Position numbers and translations under genes: made by a program
Notes under the pieces: model-generated
The model's database searches: none
Seen by the model: only the letters and a program-made list of their open reading frames with translations
Told to the model about the DNA's origin: nothing
Source: Candidatus Melainabacteria bacterium GWF2_37_15
GTDB taxonomy: Bacteria > Cyanobacteriota > Vampirovibrionia > Gastranaerophilales > UBA9971
Reading direction: 5' to 3'
Assembly (NCBI GenBank): GCA_001784565.1
Contig: MFRL01000027.1
Span: 660-64,659 of the forward strand
Length of the DNA: 64,000 nucleotides
Shown: one piece after another, positions 27,165-36,320 of the stretch
Layout: each line of letters begins with the position of its first letter
Numbering within the stretch: the first letter of the stretch is position 1

Positions 27165-28818
27165 ATTATTTATAATTTTCTTTTTGATTTCCTGTCTTTT
27201 GACAGGGAACGTTTATGCTGAAGAAATAAAGCCTGAAATATTACCTGAAGAACCTCTAAAATGTGAAAAACCCGATGTCTGTGGTGAAATTATCTTTGAC
27301 CCTACAGTTGAGGAAATTCCAATCAGCCTTGCAGAAGCGGTTTCTATTGTGTTGGATAAAAATTTTGATGTAAAAATATTTGTGCAGAGAAAGCTCAGGG
27401 ATAAATGGAGATATTACCAGACAATTACCAATTGGTTTCCTGATTTGGGCTATCAGTTTAGAATTGCAAAAATACAGGGTACGTTCCTGGTTGATTTTGT
27501 TCTTCCGGATAGTGTTAGTGAAATCCCAATAGAATCAAATTTTTTACTTAACTACAATTTGAACATTAACAACTATTTTGCTTTAAAAGAAGCTTTTTAT
27601 AATTTTAATTCAGCTAAAAAAGAACTTGAATTTACAAAGGATGAAGCGCTTTTAGAGGCTTCAAGAAGGTATTATGACCTTTTAAGGGCAAAACTCACAA
27701 TAGAAATTCACAAACGACATGTACAACAAATCGAGGAACAGTTCAGGATAAATAAACAACGTGTGGAAGCCGGAACAGGGACACAGTTTGATGTACTAAG
27801 AGCGGAGGCAGACCGGAACAATGCAATACATGAACTGTTAGACCGTCAAAATGCGTACAGGCTGGCACAGGCGCAGCTTGCAAATCTGCTGGGCATCCCG
27901 GTTTTTATTCAACTTGTTCCTAATGAAAAGGATGTTTTTTTAAAGGATATTTTTTGTGATTGTTTTGAACTTGAAAAAGCTTGTAAAATTGCAATATACA
28001 ACAGGGACGACCTTGCTGCTTCAAGGTTTGATATAGAAGCAGCAAGGCAAAGAAAAAATTCAGGGTACTCAGTTTACTTCCCGACAATTAATATACGAGG
28101 GCAACTGGCAAGTCAGGGGACAGCAGATACAGGTTTATTTCCTAGTGAACGTATAGAACTGTTTGCACAGTGGAATGGACTTGCAGGCCTGGGATTAAGA
28201 GGCTATACAGAAGTTAAGGCACGAAAAGCAGAATTACAGGAACAGGAACTCTTATATATAACAAGGTCAAGAGATATCCAGGAAAACCTTGTAAGAACTT
28301 TTTCCAGTACTGTTACAGCAAGGAAACTTATAGAACCTACTTTTAAAGAATTGGAAGCAGCCAGAGTAAGCAGGGAACTTTCCTTAATCAGATTGCAGGA
28401 GGAAATAGGATCATTTATTGATGTTATTCAGACACAAGGTGTTTATACTTTGGCCAGGCTTCATAGTCTTGATGTACTTATAGATTATAATATTTCCCAG
28501 ATTGAATTATTATTTGAAATGGGAGCTATTTCGCCGGAAAATATTTTGTATGGATTTAGCAGCGGGGCATTAAAACCCAATACAAACAATGAAAAAACAA
28601 AAGAGTATAATAAAAAAATTATGGAAGAGCTTGAAAGACTAAAGAAAGATGAAGAAGCAGCAAACCAGCAAAGACAAGGAACGCTTAGACAATTACCTGG
28701 TGAGGATGGGATATTTCGAGACCAAGAACCAGGCCCAGGCAGCGATTCTGTCGGGCAAGGTGAAAGTGAACGGGGAAGTGATAACCAAAGCGGGCAGTCC
28801 GGTCAAGTCGGAGATTAA
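27130..28818 (+). CDS. TolC-family outer membrane efflux protein (C-terminal 56 codons overlap tlyA)
   Basis: It has a signal peptide and two TolC-like repeat halves with coiled-coil segments (RRYYDLLRAKL, QNAYRLAQAQLANLLG). The low-complexity tail is read out of frame over tlyA. Confidence 0.75.
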   Translation: MEYLRKLIKIFKLFIIFFLISCLLTGNVYAEEIKPEILPEEPLKCEKPDVCGEIIFDPTVEEIPISLAEAVSIVLDKNFDVKIFVQRKLRDKWRYYQTITNWFPDLGYQFRIAKIQGTFLVDFVLPDSVSEIPIESNFLLNYNLNINNYFALKEAFYNFNSAKKELEFTKDEALLEASRRYYDLLRAKLTIEIHKRHVQQIEEQFRINKQRVEAGTGTQFDVLRAEADRNNAIHELLDRQNAYRLAQAQLANLLGIPVFIQLVPNEKDVFLKDIFCDCFELEKACKIAIYNRDDLAASRFDIEAARQRKNSGYSVYFPTINIRGQLASQGTADTGLFPSERIELFAQWNGLAGLGLRGYTEVKARKAELQEQELLYITRSRDIQENLVRTFSSTVTARKLIEPTFKELEAARVSRELSLIRLQEEIGSFIDVIQTQGVYTLARLHSLDVLIDYNISQIELLFEMGAISPENILYGFSSGALKPNTNNEKTKEYNKKIMEELERLKKDEEAANQQRQGTLRQLPGEDGIFRDQEPGPGSDSVGQGESERGSDNQSGQSGQVGD

Positions 28819-29461
28819 CGTTGAAATAGAGCACATGCCTTATGTTAGTCGTGGCGGTTTTAAGCTGGAAAAAGCCGTCAGGGAATTTAATATTGACCTT
28901 AAAGACAGGATATGTCTTGATATCGGAGCATCTACGGGCGGGTTTACTGATTTTATGCTGCAAAATGGGGCGCAGAAGGTTTATGCAATTGATGTAGGGT
29001 ATGGACAATTAGCCTGGAAATTGCGAAATGATGACAGAGTGATTGTGCTAGAGCGGACAAATATAAAAAACCTTAAATCACTGGAAGATTTTGCGACCTT
29101 TGCCGCTGTTGATGTTTCTTTTATTTCAATAATAAAAGTACTTGAAAGTATTAAATCCCTTATGGACAGCACCCAACAGGAAATTGTCCTGCTTATTAAG
29201 CCTCAGTTTGAAGCTGGCAGGGAACAGGTGCCAAAAAGCGGGGTTATTAAGGATAAAGATGTTCATTTTGAGGTAATAAAAAAGGTTGCGGATTTTGCGC
29301 AAGGACTAAGCTTATTCCCTGTAAACCTAACCTACTCGCCAATTAAAGGCCCGGCAGGAAATATTGAATATCTTTTATATTTAAGTAATAAATGTGATTG
29401 CGGTAAAATAGATGAGTCCCAAATTACAGAAATAGTGAACAGCGCGCATGAAAATCTCTAA
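28649..29461 (+). CDS. tlyA: TlyA family rRNA (cytidine-2'-O)-methyltransferase
   Basis: It has an S4 domain (RLDNYLVRMGYFETKNQAQAAILSGKVKVNG) and the FtsJ-like SAM motif LDIGASTGGFTD. Confidence 0.9.
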   Translation: MKKQQTSKDKERLDNYLVRMGYFETKNQAQAAILSGKVKVNGEVITKAGSPVKSEINVEIEHMPYVSRGGFKLEKAVREFNIDLKDRICLDIGASTGGFTDFMLQNGAQKVYAIDVGYGQLAWKLRNDDRVIVLERTNIKNLKSLEDFATFAAVDVSFISIIKVLESIKSLMDSTQQEIVLLIKPQFEAGREQVPKSGVIKDKDVHFEVIKKVADFAQGLSLFPVNLTYSPIKGPAGNIEYLLYLSNKCDCGKIDESQITEIVNSAHENL

Positions 29462-30278
29462 AGCCGGCATAATTTATAACGTTGAACACGAACCAGCACA
29501 GACTGTTGCAACTGAGCTGGAAAATATGCTTGCTAAAAGGGGAATTCCCCAAATTACTCTGTATAAAATTAGTGGCAAAAAACAAAAACCTGAAATAGAA
29601 ACAGATATAGATATAGCCTTTATCGTAGGCGGAGATGGAACATTTCTTGGCAGCGCAAGATATCTTGCCCCGCATGGAATACCACTTCTCGGTATTAATA
29701 CCGGCAGGTTGGGCTTTCTTTCCCAGTTAAAACCTGCAGACATGGAAAAAGGCGTGGATAAAATTATAAATAATGACTATGAAATTGAAGAAAGGCTGAT
29801 GATAAAGTCGGAATACGGCACTGCGCTTAATGATATAGTAATTAAAGGCGGGGAAGTATCACGTACAGCACAGCTTTTTCTATACATAAACGGCAGGCAC
29901 GTGTGCGATTATTTGGCGGATGGTCTGATAATTTCTACCCCTACCGGCTCAACAGCTTATACCCTATCAGCAGGTGGGCCAGTGGTTGTACCCGAATTGG
30001 AGGCGTTTGTAATTGTGCCTATATGTCCGCATTCCCTTACTACCAGGCCTATTGTTATTCCGTCGGATGAAAAAATTGAAGTAAGAGTTAAAATAAATTC
30101 AGACTTTATATATATTACCCATGACGGGCAGGAAAATCTTGAAGCTGATAGCACAAAGACTATTTTAATAACAAAAAATGATTATAAAGCAAAATTGATT
30201 CATCTTAAGAACGACGATAATGGATTTTACAGCATTTTAAGAGAAAAATTGCATTGGGGAATTTCTCCGTTTAATTAA
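29448..30278 (+). CDS. nadK: NAD kinase
   Basis: GGDGTFL, GINTGRLGFL, STPTGSTAYTLSAGGP motifs. Confidence 0.9.
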   Translation: MKISKAGIIYNVEHEPAQTVATELENMLAKRGIPQITLYKISGKKQKPEIETDIDIAFIVGGDGTFLGSARYLAPHGIPLLGINTGRLGFLSQLKPADMEKGVDKIINNDYEIEERLMIKSEYGTALNDIVIKGGEVSRTAQLFLYINGRHVCDYLADGLIISTPTGSTAYTLSAGGPVVVPELEAFVIVPICPHSLTTRPIVIPSDEKIEVRVKINSDFIYITHDGQENLEADSTKTILITKNDYKAKLIHLKNDDNGFYSILREKLHWGISPFN

Positions 30279-30376
30279 GAAATGTTACGTTTTCTCTTAA
30301 ATTTTCCCAAAAAATAGAAATTTTTACCCGTCAGGTGTTTTATAAATGTAGTTCAATAAGAAATGGGGAAAGTAAA

Positions 30377-30814
30377 ATGTCTGAAGCTATAGCACCAGTA
30401 ATTAGCAAGCCCGTAGCCACTGCAGGTCTTGTATATGATTTAAAAAATGTAAACCTTGGCCCTTTAGTGCAGAATTCAGGACAAAACAATCCCGCAGCAA
30501 TGACCATGGAAGAAGCATTGGGAGAAAAGCCAAAAAGAAGCTACACAGCTTTAAAAATCGCAACCGGCCTTGCAGCCGCCGTAGGTATAGTCTATGGTTT
30601 AGCTCGAGCTGGCGCAGGAATGAAAATGTTTAAAACCGCTGAGTCCGGCGTGAAAAAAACAATTAAAGAATTCAGCGAAAAAACTTTAGAAAAATACAGA
30701 GCTGTTGGCAATTGGTTCAATAAAACCATCCTCAGGAGGGGCGCAAAAGAAACAGATCTTTCAACACCGCCTGCTCTGCCTGCAGCAGCAAAAGCAACCG
30801 AAGCAACTACTTAA
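30377..30814 (+). CDS. Hypothetical single-pass membrane protein
   Basis: About 145 aa from the ATG at 30377. It has a central Gly/Ala-rich TM helix (ALKIATGLAAAVGIVYGLA), an architecture like the ORF at 59074. Confidence 0.45.
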   Translation: MSEAIAPVISKPVATAGLVYDLKNVNLGPLVQNSGQNNPAAMTMEEALGEKPKRSYTALKIATGLAAAVGIVYGLARAGAGMKMFKTAESGVKKTIKEFSEKTLEKYRAVGNWFNKTILRRGAKETDLSTPPALPAAAKATEATT

Positions 30815-31643
30815 TAAACGACGACAACTTGCAATGCTCGTCAAAGCGTTTTTCGTGATCCTTGTACGCTGACGTTCTCCTTATGACTTCATCGAAGTCA
30901 ACCTTGTGAGCGTCAAAATCAGGACCATCCACACAGGCAAATTTAACCTTGCCGTCAACAGTTAGTCTGCATGACCCACACATCCCGGTTCCATCAACCA
31001 TGAGTGTGTTCATGCTTACAACTGTATATATACCTTTATCTCTTGTAAGCTCCGCAACCGCTTTCATCATTGGCACAGGGCCGATTGCCATAACATGATC
31101 TATCTTTTCAGTATTTATAAGCTCATCAAGCTGATGTGTAACAAATCCCTTTCTTCCAAGGGAACCGTCATCAGTCGTGATGAAATATTTATCACTCGCT
31201 GACTTCATCCTGTCCTGCCAGAAGACAAGCTGTGCTGTCCTTGCGCCAACTATCATATACACCTTGTTGCCTGCTTCTTTAAATGCTTTTGCAATTAGAT
31301 AAGCTGGCGCTGCACCATAACCGCCTGCTACGCACACTACTGTGCCGTAGTTTTTGATTTCTGTCGGTATGCCTAGCGGACCCGCAAGGTCTTGAATTTC
31401 TTCCCCTGCATTGAGTATGGCGAGTTTTTTTGTTGAATACCCAACCGCCATAAAAACCATGGTTAGTTCGTTTTTCTCTTTATCAATATCTGCTATAGTA
31501 AGCGGTACACGCTCGCCTTCCTCGTCAACCCGGAGAATGATGAACTGGCCTGCTGTGGCGTTTTTTACTACATAAGGTGCATAAACCTTTATTTCGTATA
31601 AATTTTCGCTTAATTCTGTTTTTGAAATTATTTTGTATCCCAT
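30807..31643 (-). CDS. PyrK/NfnA-like FAD/NAD(P)-binding oxidoreductase with C-terminal 2Fe-2S motif
   Basis: GQFIILR, RVPLTIAD, GPLG, VAGGYGAAP, and C-terminal CGSCR...FACVDGP. The start is set at the ATG at 31643. Confidence 0.8.
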   Translation of the reverse strand: MGYKIISKTELSENLYEIKVYAPYVVKNATAGQFIILRVDEEGERVPLTIADIDKEKNELTMVFMAVGYSTKKLAILNAGEEIQDLAGPLGIPTEIKNYGTVVCVAGGYGAAPAYLIAKAFKEAGNKVYMIVGARTAQLVFWQDRMKSASDKYFITTDDGSLGRKGFVTHQLDELINTEKIDHVMAIGPVPMMKAVAELTRDKGIYTVVSMNTLMVDGTGMCGSCRLTVDGKVKFACVDGPDFDAHKVDFDEVIRRTSAYKDHEKRFDEHCKLSSFIK

Positions 31644-31671
31644 AGTACTATTATTATAGAATGAAAACGTT

Positions 31672-32349
31672 ATGAGATACATTTCAATTTTTGACATAAT
31701 TGGCCCCATAATGATTGGCCCCTCAAGTTCTCACACTGCTGGCGCCATAAGAATTGGCTTGTTTGCAAGGAAAATTTTTGGAAAAAATCCTGAAAAAGTT
31801 TTATTCAGGCTTTATAACTCTTTTGCAAAAACAGGACTCGGCCACGGCACAGACAAAGGGCTGCTGGGCGGGGTTCTGGGCTTTAATGTTGATGATTCCA
31901 GAATAAAAAACTCTTTTTATTATGCGCGGGAACAGGGAGTTGCTTATAACTTTGAATACCTGGCTCGTGACGATAGGTATCCGAATTCTGTTGATATTAT
32001 TTTTATGGACACAAATAATAATGTACTTATGGAGATTTCCGGCAAGTCTGTAGGCGGTGGAGAAGTACAAATAGATAAAGTTGATGGATTTAATACCGAC
32101 ATACGAGGTGATTATCCGGTACTAATAATGGTTTATAAAGATCAAAAAGGTGTAATATCAAATATATCAAAATTAATTCAGGATCAAAATGTAAATATCG
32201 CTACGATTAACTGCGAAAGAAAAGAAAAAAACCAGGAAGCTGTGCTGACAATATGTCTTGATTCAGTATTAAGCATTGAAACCGTAGAGGAAATAAGGAA
32301 ACTTCCTGATATGTATATGGTTAGAAATATAGATAAGTTAGAAGAATGA
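31672..32349 (+). CDS. sdaAB: L-serine dehydratase, iron-sulfur type, beta subunit
   Basis: N-terminal IFDIIGPIMIGPSSSHTAG plus a C-terminal ACT-like domain. Confidence 0.9.
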   Translation: MRYISIFDIIGPIMIGPSSSHTAGAIRIGLFARKIFGKNPEKVLFRLYNSFAKTGLGHGTDKGLLGGVLGFNVDDSRIKNSFYYAREQGVAYNFEYLARDDRYPNSVDIIFMDTNNNVLMEISGKSVGGGEVQIDKVDGFNTDIRGDYPVLIMVYKDQKGVISNISKLIQDQNVNIATINCERKEKNQEAVLTICLDSVLSIETVEEIRKLPDMYMVRNIDKLEE

Positions 32350-33218
32350 AGAATATAGTTACATTTCAAAGACTTTTAGAAGAAACCCGCTCCTCAAATA
32401 AGCGTATATATGAGGTTTTTCAGGAACTCGAATCCTATATGCTGGAAAGAAGCATTGAAGATGTCCGACAGTTAATGAAAAGGAATCTAAACGTAATGGC
32501 AGCCTCCGTTCGGGATGGGTTGAGCCATTATGGCCCTTCTCCCAGCGGGATGTCAGGTGAACTTGCTCAAAAAATACTTCGCCGGTATCAAAACCCCAAC
32601 AAATCAGCATTCAATCCGCTTCTGGGGAAAATATTAACCTATGCCGTCGCGGTTTCTGAAGAGAACCAACGAATGGGGCGTGTTGTAGCCTGCCCTACAG
32701 CCGGAGCCTGCGGAATAATGCCATCTGTGTTAATTGCTTACGCTGAAGAATATGGTTTTAATGAAGAAGAACAGGTTAATGCCCTGATAACCGCCGGAGC
32801 AATAGGTAAAATAATAGCCCAGCAAATGGAACTCGCAGGCGCAGTTGGTGGTTGCCAAGCGGAATGCGGTGTTGCATCGGCTATGGCGGCAGGCGCGGTA
32901 GTGGAGTTAATGGGTGGGACAAATGAGCAGATTGTGCACGCTGCTACTTTGGCCTTGAAAAATATAATGGGGCTTGTTTGTGACCCTGTTGCCGGGCTTG
33001 TGGAGGTTCCGTGTATTAAAAGAAATGGATTTTTAGCTATACATGCGGTGACCGCCTCAGAGATGGCGCTTGCCGGTGTGGAAAGTTTTATCCCGCCGGA
33101 TGAGGTTGTTAAGGCTGTGAAGCAGGTTGGAGTATTGATGTCGCCATTGCTGAAAGAGAACAGTGAGGGCGGGTTGGCTATTACTGAGACAGCTAAGAAA
33201 GTAGTTCCTCAGCCATAA
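32346..33218 (+). CDS. sdaAA: L-serine dehydratase, iron-sulfur type, alpha subunit
   Basis: ACPTAGACGI, GGCQAECG, GLVCDPVAGLVEVPCIKRN motifs. It has a 4-nt overlap with sdaAB. Confidence 0.9.
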   Translation: MKNIVTFQRLLEETRSSNKRIYEVFQELESYMLERSIEDVRQLMKRNLNVMAASVRDGLSHYGPSPSGMSGELAQKILRRYQNPNKSAFNPLLGKILTYAVAVSEENQRMGRVVACPTAGACGIMPSVLIAYAEEYGFNEEEQVNALITAGAIGKIIAQQMELAGAVGGCQAECGVASAMAAGAVVELMGGTNEQIVHAATLALKNIMGLVCDPVAGLVEVPCIKRNGFLAIHAVTASEMALAGVESFIPPDEVVKAVKQVGVLMSPLLKENSEGGLAITETAKKVVPQP

Positions 33219-33810
33219 TCGGCACACTAAACCCGTGAGAAAGATTATATACAGTGTTTCTATGAAACCTCTCATTATACGTCGCAGTCCCGTCAATCAC
33301 AAAAAAGGAATTAAACCCCCGCACAAACGCCGACCTGGCCGTTGTTTCACAACAAAGGTGCGTCATAACGCCAGTAATAACAAGATTTTTTATGTTAAGA
33401 CTGTTTAGTATGTTTTCCAGTTCTGTATTATAAAACGCATCATACTGACTTTTTTCAATCACCACATGTCCGCTGGTATTGAAATCATTAATAATGCTAT
33501 CTTCTTTAATAATATCCCGCCACCATGTGCCCATTAAGCCGGCATTCTCTTCGGTATTAATATGCTTTGTGAATATAACAGGCAGGTTGTTTTTCTCAAA
33601 AGCCTGAATTAGCGTGGAAATTTCAGGCACTATTGCATTAAATGAGGGGATGTAAGCATGTGAGTCGGGGTTTGCAAAGAATTCCTGCATATCCAGCACC
33701 AATAAAGCAAAAGAATGACAGGGAAATTCAAGCTGTGGACGCTTAAAAAGCCCTGCCATTTCGTTTTTTATTGTTGTAGCCTTAGCTTTTGTCAGATAAT
33801 TTTCTTTCAT
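33193..33810 (-). CDS. Isochorismatase-family cysteine hydrolase
   Basis: LLVLDMQ, the catalytic-region VITGVMTHLCCETTAR, and a size of about 205 aa. Confidence 0.75.
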   Translation of the reverse strand: MKENYLTKAKATTIKNEMAGLFKRPQLEFPCHSFALLVLDMQEFFANPDSHAYIPSFNAIVPEISTLIQAFEKNNLPVIFTKHINTEENAGLMGTWWRDIIKEDSIINDFNTSGHVVIEKSQYDAFYNTELENILNSLNIKNLVITGVMTHLCCETTARSAFVRGFNSFFVIDGTATYNERFHRNTVYNLSHGFSVPIMAEELLS

Positions 33811-34123
33811 TTAACACATTGATGATGGAATCCATCTGTTGTTTTGCCTGTAAAATCTCTGCTTCCACATTTTTCTTGTTTTTCTCAGCCTGTTTTAACT
33901 GATCACCCATAGAATACAGCCTGGAAAATATACCTAAATCGTGTTCGGCAGATAGAAGATTTTGTCTTTTGTTGGAGATGGCGGATAGCTTATTTATAAG
34001 TACTGATAGCTGCTCCTTTTTGCATTCCAGATTGATATGGTGTGCAAAAACCTTCTTTTTTTTCTCTAACAACTCTTTAAAACTTAAACTTAACAAATTT
34101 AGATCCGAATTTCCCCTGTTCAA
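33782..34123 (-). CDS. Hypothetical coiled-coil protein
   Basis: 113-aa ORF that overlaps the downstream hydrolase start by 29 nt. No recognisable family. Confidence 0.4.
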   Translation of the reverse strand: MNRGNSDLNLLSLSFKELLEKKKKVFAHHINLECKKEQLSVLINKLSAISNKRQNLLSAEHDLGIFSRLYSMGDQLKQAEKNKKNVEAEILQAKQQMDSIINVLNERKLSDKS

Positions 34124-34211
34124 ACACTATCACTCCTCCTCAAAAGTTTGAAAGTAAACTTATATTTAACTCAACGACGTAATTAAATATTAATACATAA
34201 AACTCCTGCGG

Positions 34212-34264
34212 GTTTTGGATGAGCATGCCAAAACTGGCATGCCTGCCAAAATGGCATGCCAAAA
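34212..34264. repeat. Three tandem copies of a GCATGCC(TGCC)AAAA motif around the TGGCATGCCA palindrome
   Basis: The copies are at 34223-34233, 34237-34251 and 34253-34264. GTTTTGG (34212-34218) is inverted relative to CCAAAAC (34228-34234). The site lies in a 386-nt divergent intergenic region. Confidence 0.55.
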
Positions 34265-34509
34265 CCATGCTTAAAGCTAGTCATATACTTAAAATTTCAT
34301 GTCCGTTTAATATTTCAGCTAAATCGTTACAAACAGGAAATAACAAAAACCTTATTTTTATTGATGTTTGGCTGTTTTGGCAAAATGATATTCCAGATAA
34401 AATCTCATTTTAAATTTATTTTTGTTCCTAAAACTCTGAATATTATGTAACATTTCTTAATGTATTTCATGGTTTATAATTTTTATTATCAGAGGCCATA
34501 GGAGGTAGA

Positions 34510-35394
34510 ATGAAAAAATCTTTTAAAAAAACTTTTATTTTTATAGGAATTTTGTTTATTTTGCTGAAAATAGGCACAAGTATTGCACAAGAAAAAGAAA
34601 AGTTTAAAGAAATCTCATTAAAGCCATCCGGGGAAGTAAAACAGGGACAGACCGTTTTTATTAATATTAAATCCCCGGAAAAACTCGTAAACCCAGCATT
34701 TGTGTTTAACAATAAGAAATATAAGCTTTTTAATAGCGGAGAAAATCAATATTCCGGGCTTTTAGGAGTAGAAGCGCTGACAAACCCAGGTACATATACA
34801 ATTTCACTTACAGATGAAACTGGAAACCTTAAAGACCAGGCAATAATAAAGGTTAGCGAGAAGAAATTTCCAAGTCAGAATATTGCAGTATCAAAAGGAA
34901 CAGCTGGATTAACAGCCACTCAGCATGAAAATAACCAGATCAACAGGATGAAAACCACAGTTACAGATGATCTTCTCGGTGCTGTGCCTCCGTATAACAG
35001 TCCTACTGCCGGGTGTATTAACTCGGTATTTGGAGTAAAAAGATATTACAATGGCAAATTTTCCGGGAATTATCACAAAGGAATCGATATAAGAGCTAAT
35101 AAAGGTGTGCCTGTTAAGTCAATAACTGACGGGAAAATTCTTTTTGCTGAATTTTTCAGGCTTCACGGCGGTAGTGTGGCGGTTGACCATGGGCAGGGAC
35201 TTGTTTCCCTGTACATTCATTTATCAAAAATAGATGTAAAAGCAGGAGATAAGGTAACTTCCGGCCAGAAGGTCGGGGAAGTAGGATCTACAGGTTTTGC
35301 AACAGGCCCACATCTGCATTGGGGACTTTACGTTCACGGGACATCGATTGATCCAATGACGGACTGGATAAAACCTGTTACAATTTGTAAGTAA
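34510..35394 (+). CDS. M23 family metallopeptidase (peptidoglycan endopeptidase)
   Basis: It has a signal peptide and the HKGIDI and GSTGFATGPHLHW motifs. Confidence 0.85.
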   Translation: MKKSFKKTFIFIGILFILLKIGTSIAQEKEKFKEISLKPSGEVKQGQTVFINIKSPEKLVNPAFVFNNKKYKLFNSGENQYSGLLGVEALTNPGTYTISLTDETGNLKDQAIIKVSEKKFPSQNIAVSKGTAGLTATQHENNQINRMKTTVTDDLLGAVPPYNSPTAGCINSVFGVKRYYNGKFSGNYHKGIDIRANKGVPVKSITDGKILFAEFFRLHGGSVAVDHGQGLVSLYIHLSKIDVKAGDKVTSGQKVGEVGSTGFATGPHLHWGLYVHGTSIDPMTDWIKPVTICK

Positions 35395-35418
35395 TAAGGG
35401 TAGGTAGGGAATGCAACT

Positions 35419-35730
35419 ATGGAAGATAGAAATTTACTTGAAAACATAAAAAAATTGTCTGAACAGATTAAGATTGACGACATAGAAGAAAATCCCGAAT
35501 CTGCTTTTGAACAGTTTCAGTGTGATTGCTGCGGCGAAGTAAAGATGATGGCAGGGTCTTTACCTTATGCGGATTACAGGCTGTGTAATGATTGTGTTAC
35601 GCTTGCAGAGACCAGCTTTGCCCTGGATGAAACGTTTGATATTCAGGATTTAATTGACAGTATGGAAGATAAAAGATTCAGCGCGGTGTATGATTCGCTG
35701 TTTACTGTTGATGAAAACAGTATGAATTAG
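35419..35730 (+). CDS. Hypothetical small acidic protein with Cys4 motif
   Basis: CDCCG...CNDC spacing suggests a zinc ribbon. The product is 103 aa. Confidence 0.4.
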   Translation: MEDRNLLENIKKLSEQIKIDDIEENPESAFEQFQCDCCGEVKMMAGSLPYADYRLCNDCVTLAETSFALDETFDIQDLIDSMEDKRFSAVYDSLFTVDENSMN

Positions 35731-35738
35731 GATAAAAT

Positions 35739-36239
35739 TTATTGATCAGCCAAAATATGATACTTCTCTTCTATCTCATTAATTCTTCTATAGTTTTCAG
35801 CTTTTTCTCTTAACTCGCATATTTCTTCTTTTTGTCTGATTGGATTAAGGTCATCTGCAATAACATCCAGGGCTTTTGCGGCATATCTGCTGCCTAACCT
35901 TCGCCCGTTATTACAAAGAGTTTCTCCTAAAGGGCCTGTATCTGCTTCTGATTCAAACATTTTATCAGTATATTCAACGACTTTTTTATAGTGATCCAAT
36001 GCTGCTTTATAATGTGACCAGGATAATAGAGCAAAAGCCCTATGATATCTATTGTTTGGCGACAATTCCACAGCTTTTTCAAATTGAGAAATAGCATCAT
36101 CAAATTTTCTATTTCCGTAATGATTCAGTCCTTTTTCAAAAGGATTCCTGGGATCTTTTTTATCATAAGGATCCAGGGGAAAATCAATGTAATTAGATTG
36201 TCCGAATGAAATTGTATTTTTAATTGGAGCTATGTTCAT
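35739..36239 (-). CDS. Hypothetical TPR-like protein (N-terminus MNIAPIKNTISFG)
   Basis: 166-aa ORF with one clear TPR-like unit (FDDAISQFEKAVELSPNN). Confidence 0.45.
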   Translation of the reverse strand: MNIAPIKNTISFGQSNYIDFPLDPYDKKDPRNPFEKGLNHYGNRKFDDAISQFEKAVELSPNNRYHRAFALLSWSHYKAALDHYKKVVEYTDKMFESEADTGPLGETLCNNGRRLGSRYAAKALDVIADDLNPIRQKEEICELREKAENYRRINEIEEKYHILADQ

Positions 36240-36320
36240 AATAACCTTCCAGCTTTTTTTAATATAGTCAATATAATAAAACCCCTAAATGCAAAAAATT
36301 GTTATAGTAAATTAAGGTTA

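Noticed and set aside
34212-34264. Short tandem repeats as a CRISPR array.
   Set aside because: The repeat units are only 11-16 bp with no spacers of 25-40 bp, and there are no cas genes. No CRISPR array is present anywhere in the window.
34236-34266. TGGCATGCC sequences as a sigma-54 (-24/-12) promoter.
   Set aside because: The GG is present, but no GC falls at the required spacing (TGGCAC-N5-TTGC) in either copy.
34219-34450. Two overlapping 64-aa ORFs in the long intergenic region.
   Set aside because: They have mutually overlapping frames, no RBS, and sequence dominated by the GCATGCC repeat and AT-rich DNA. The region is more likely regulatory or encodes an sRNA.
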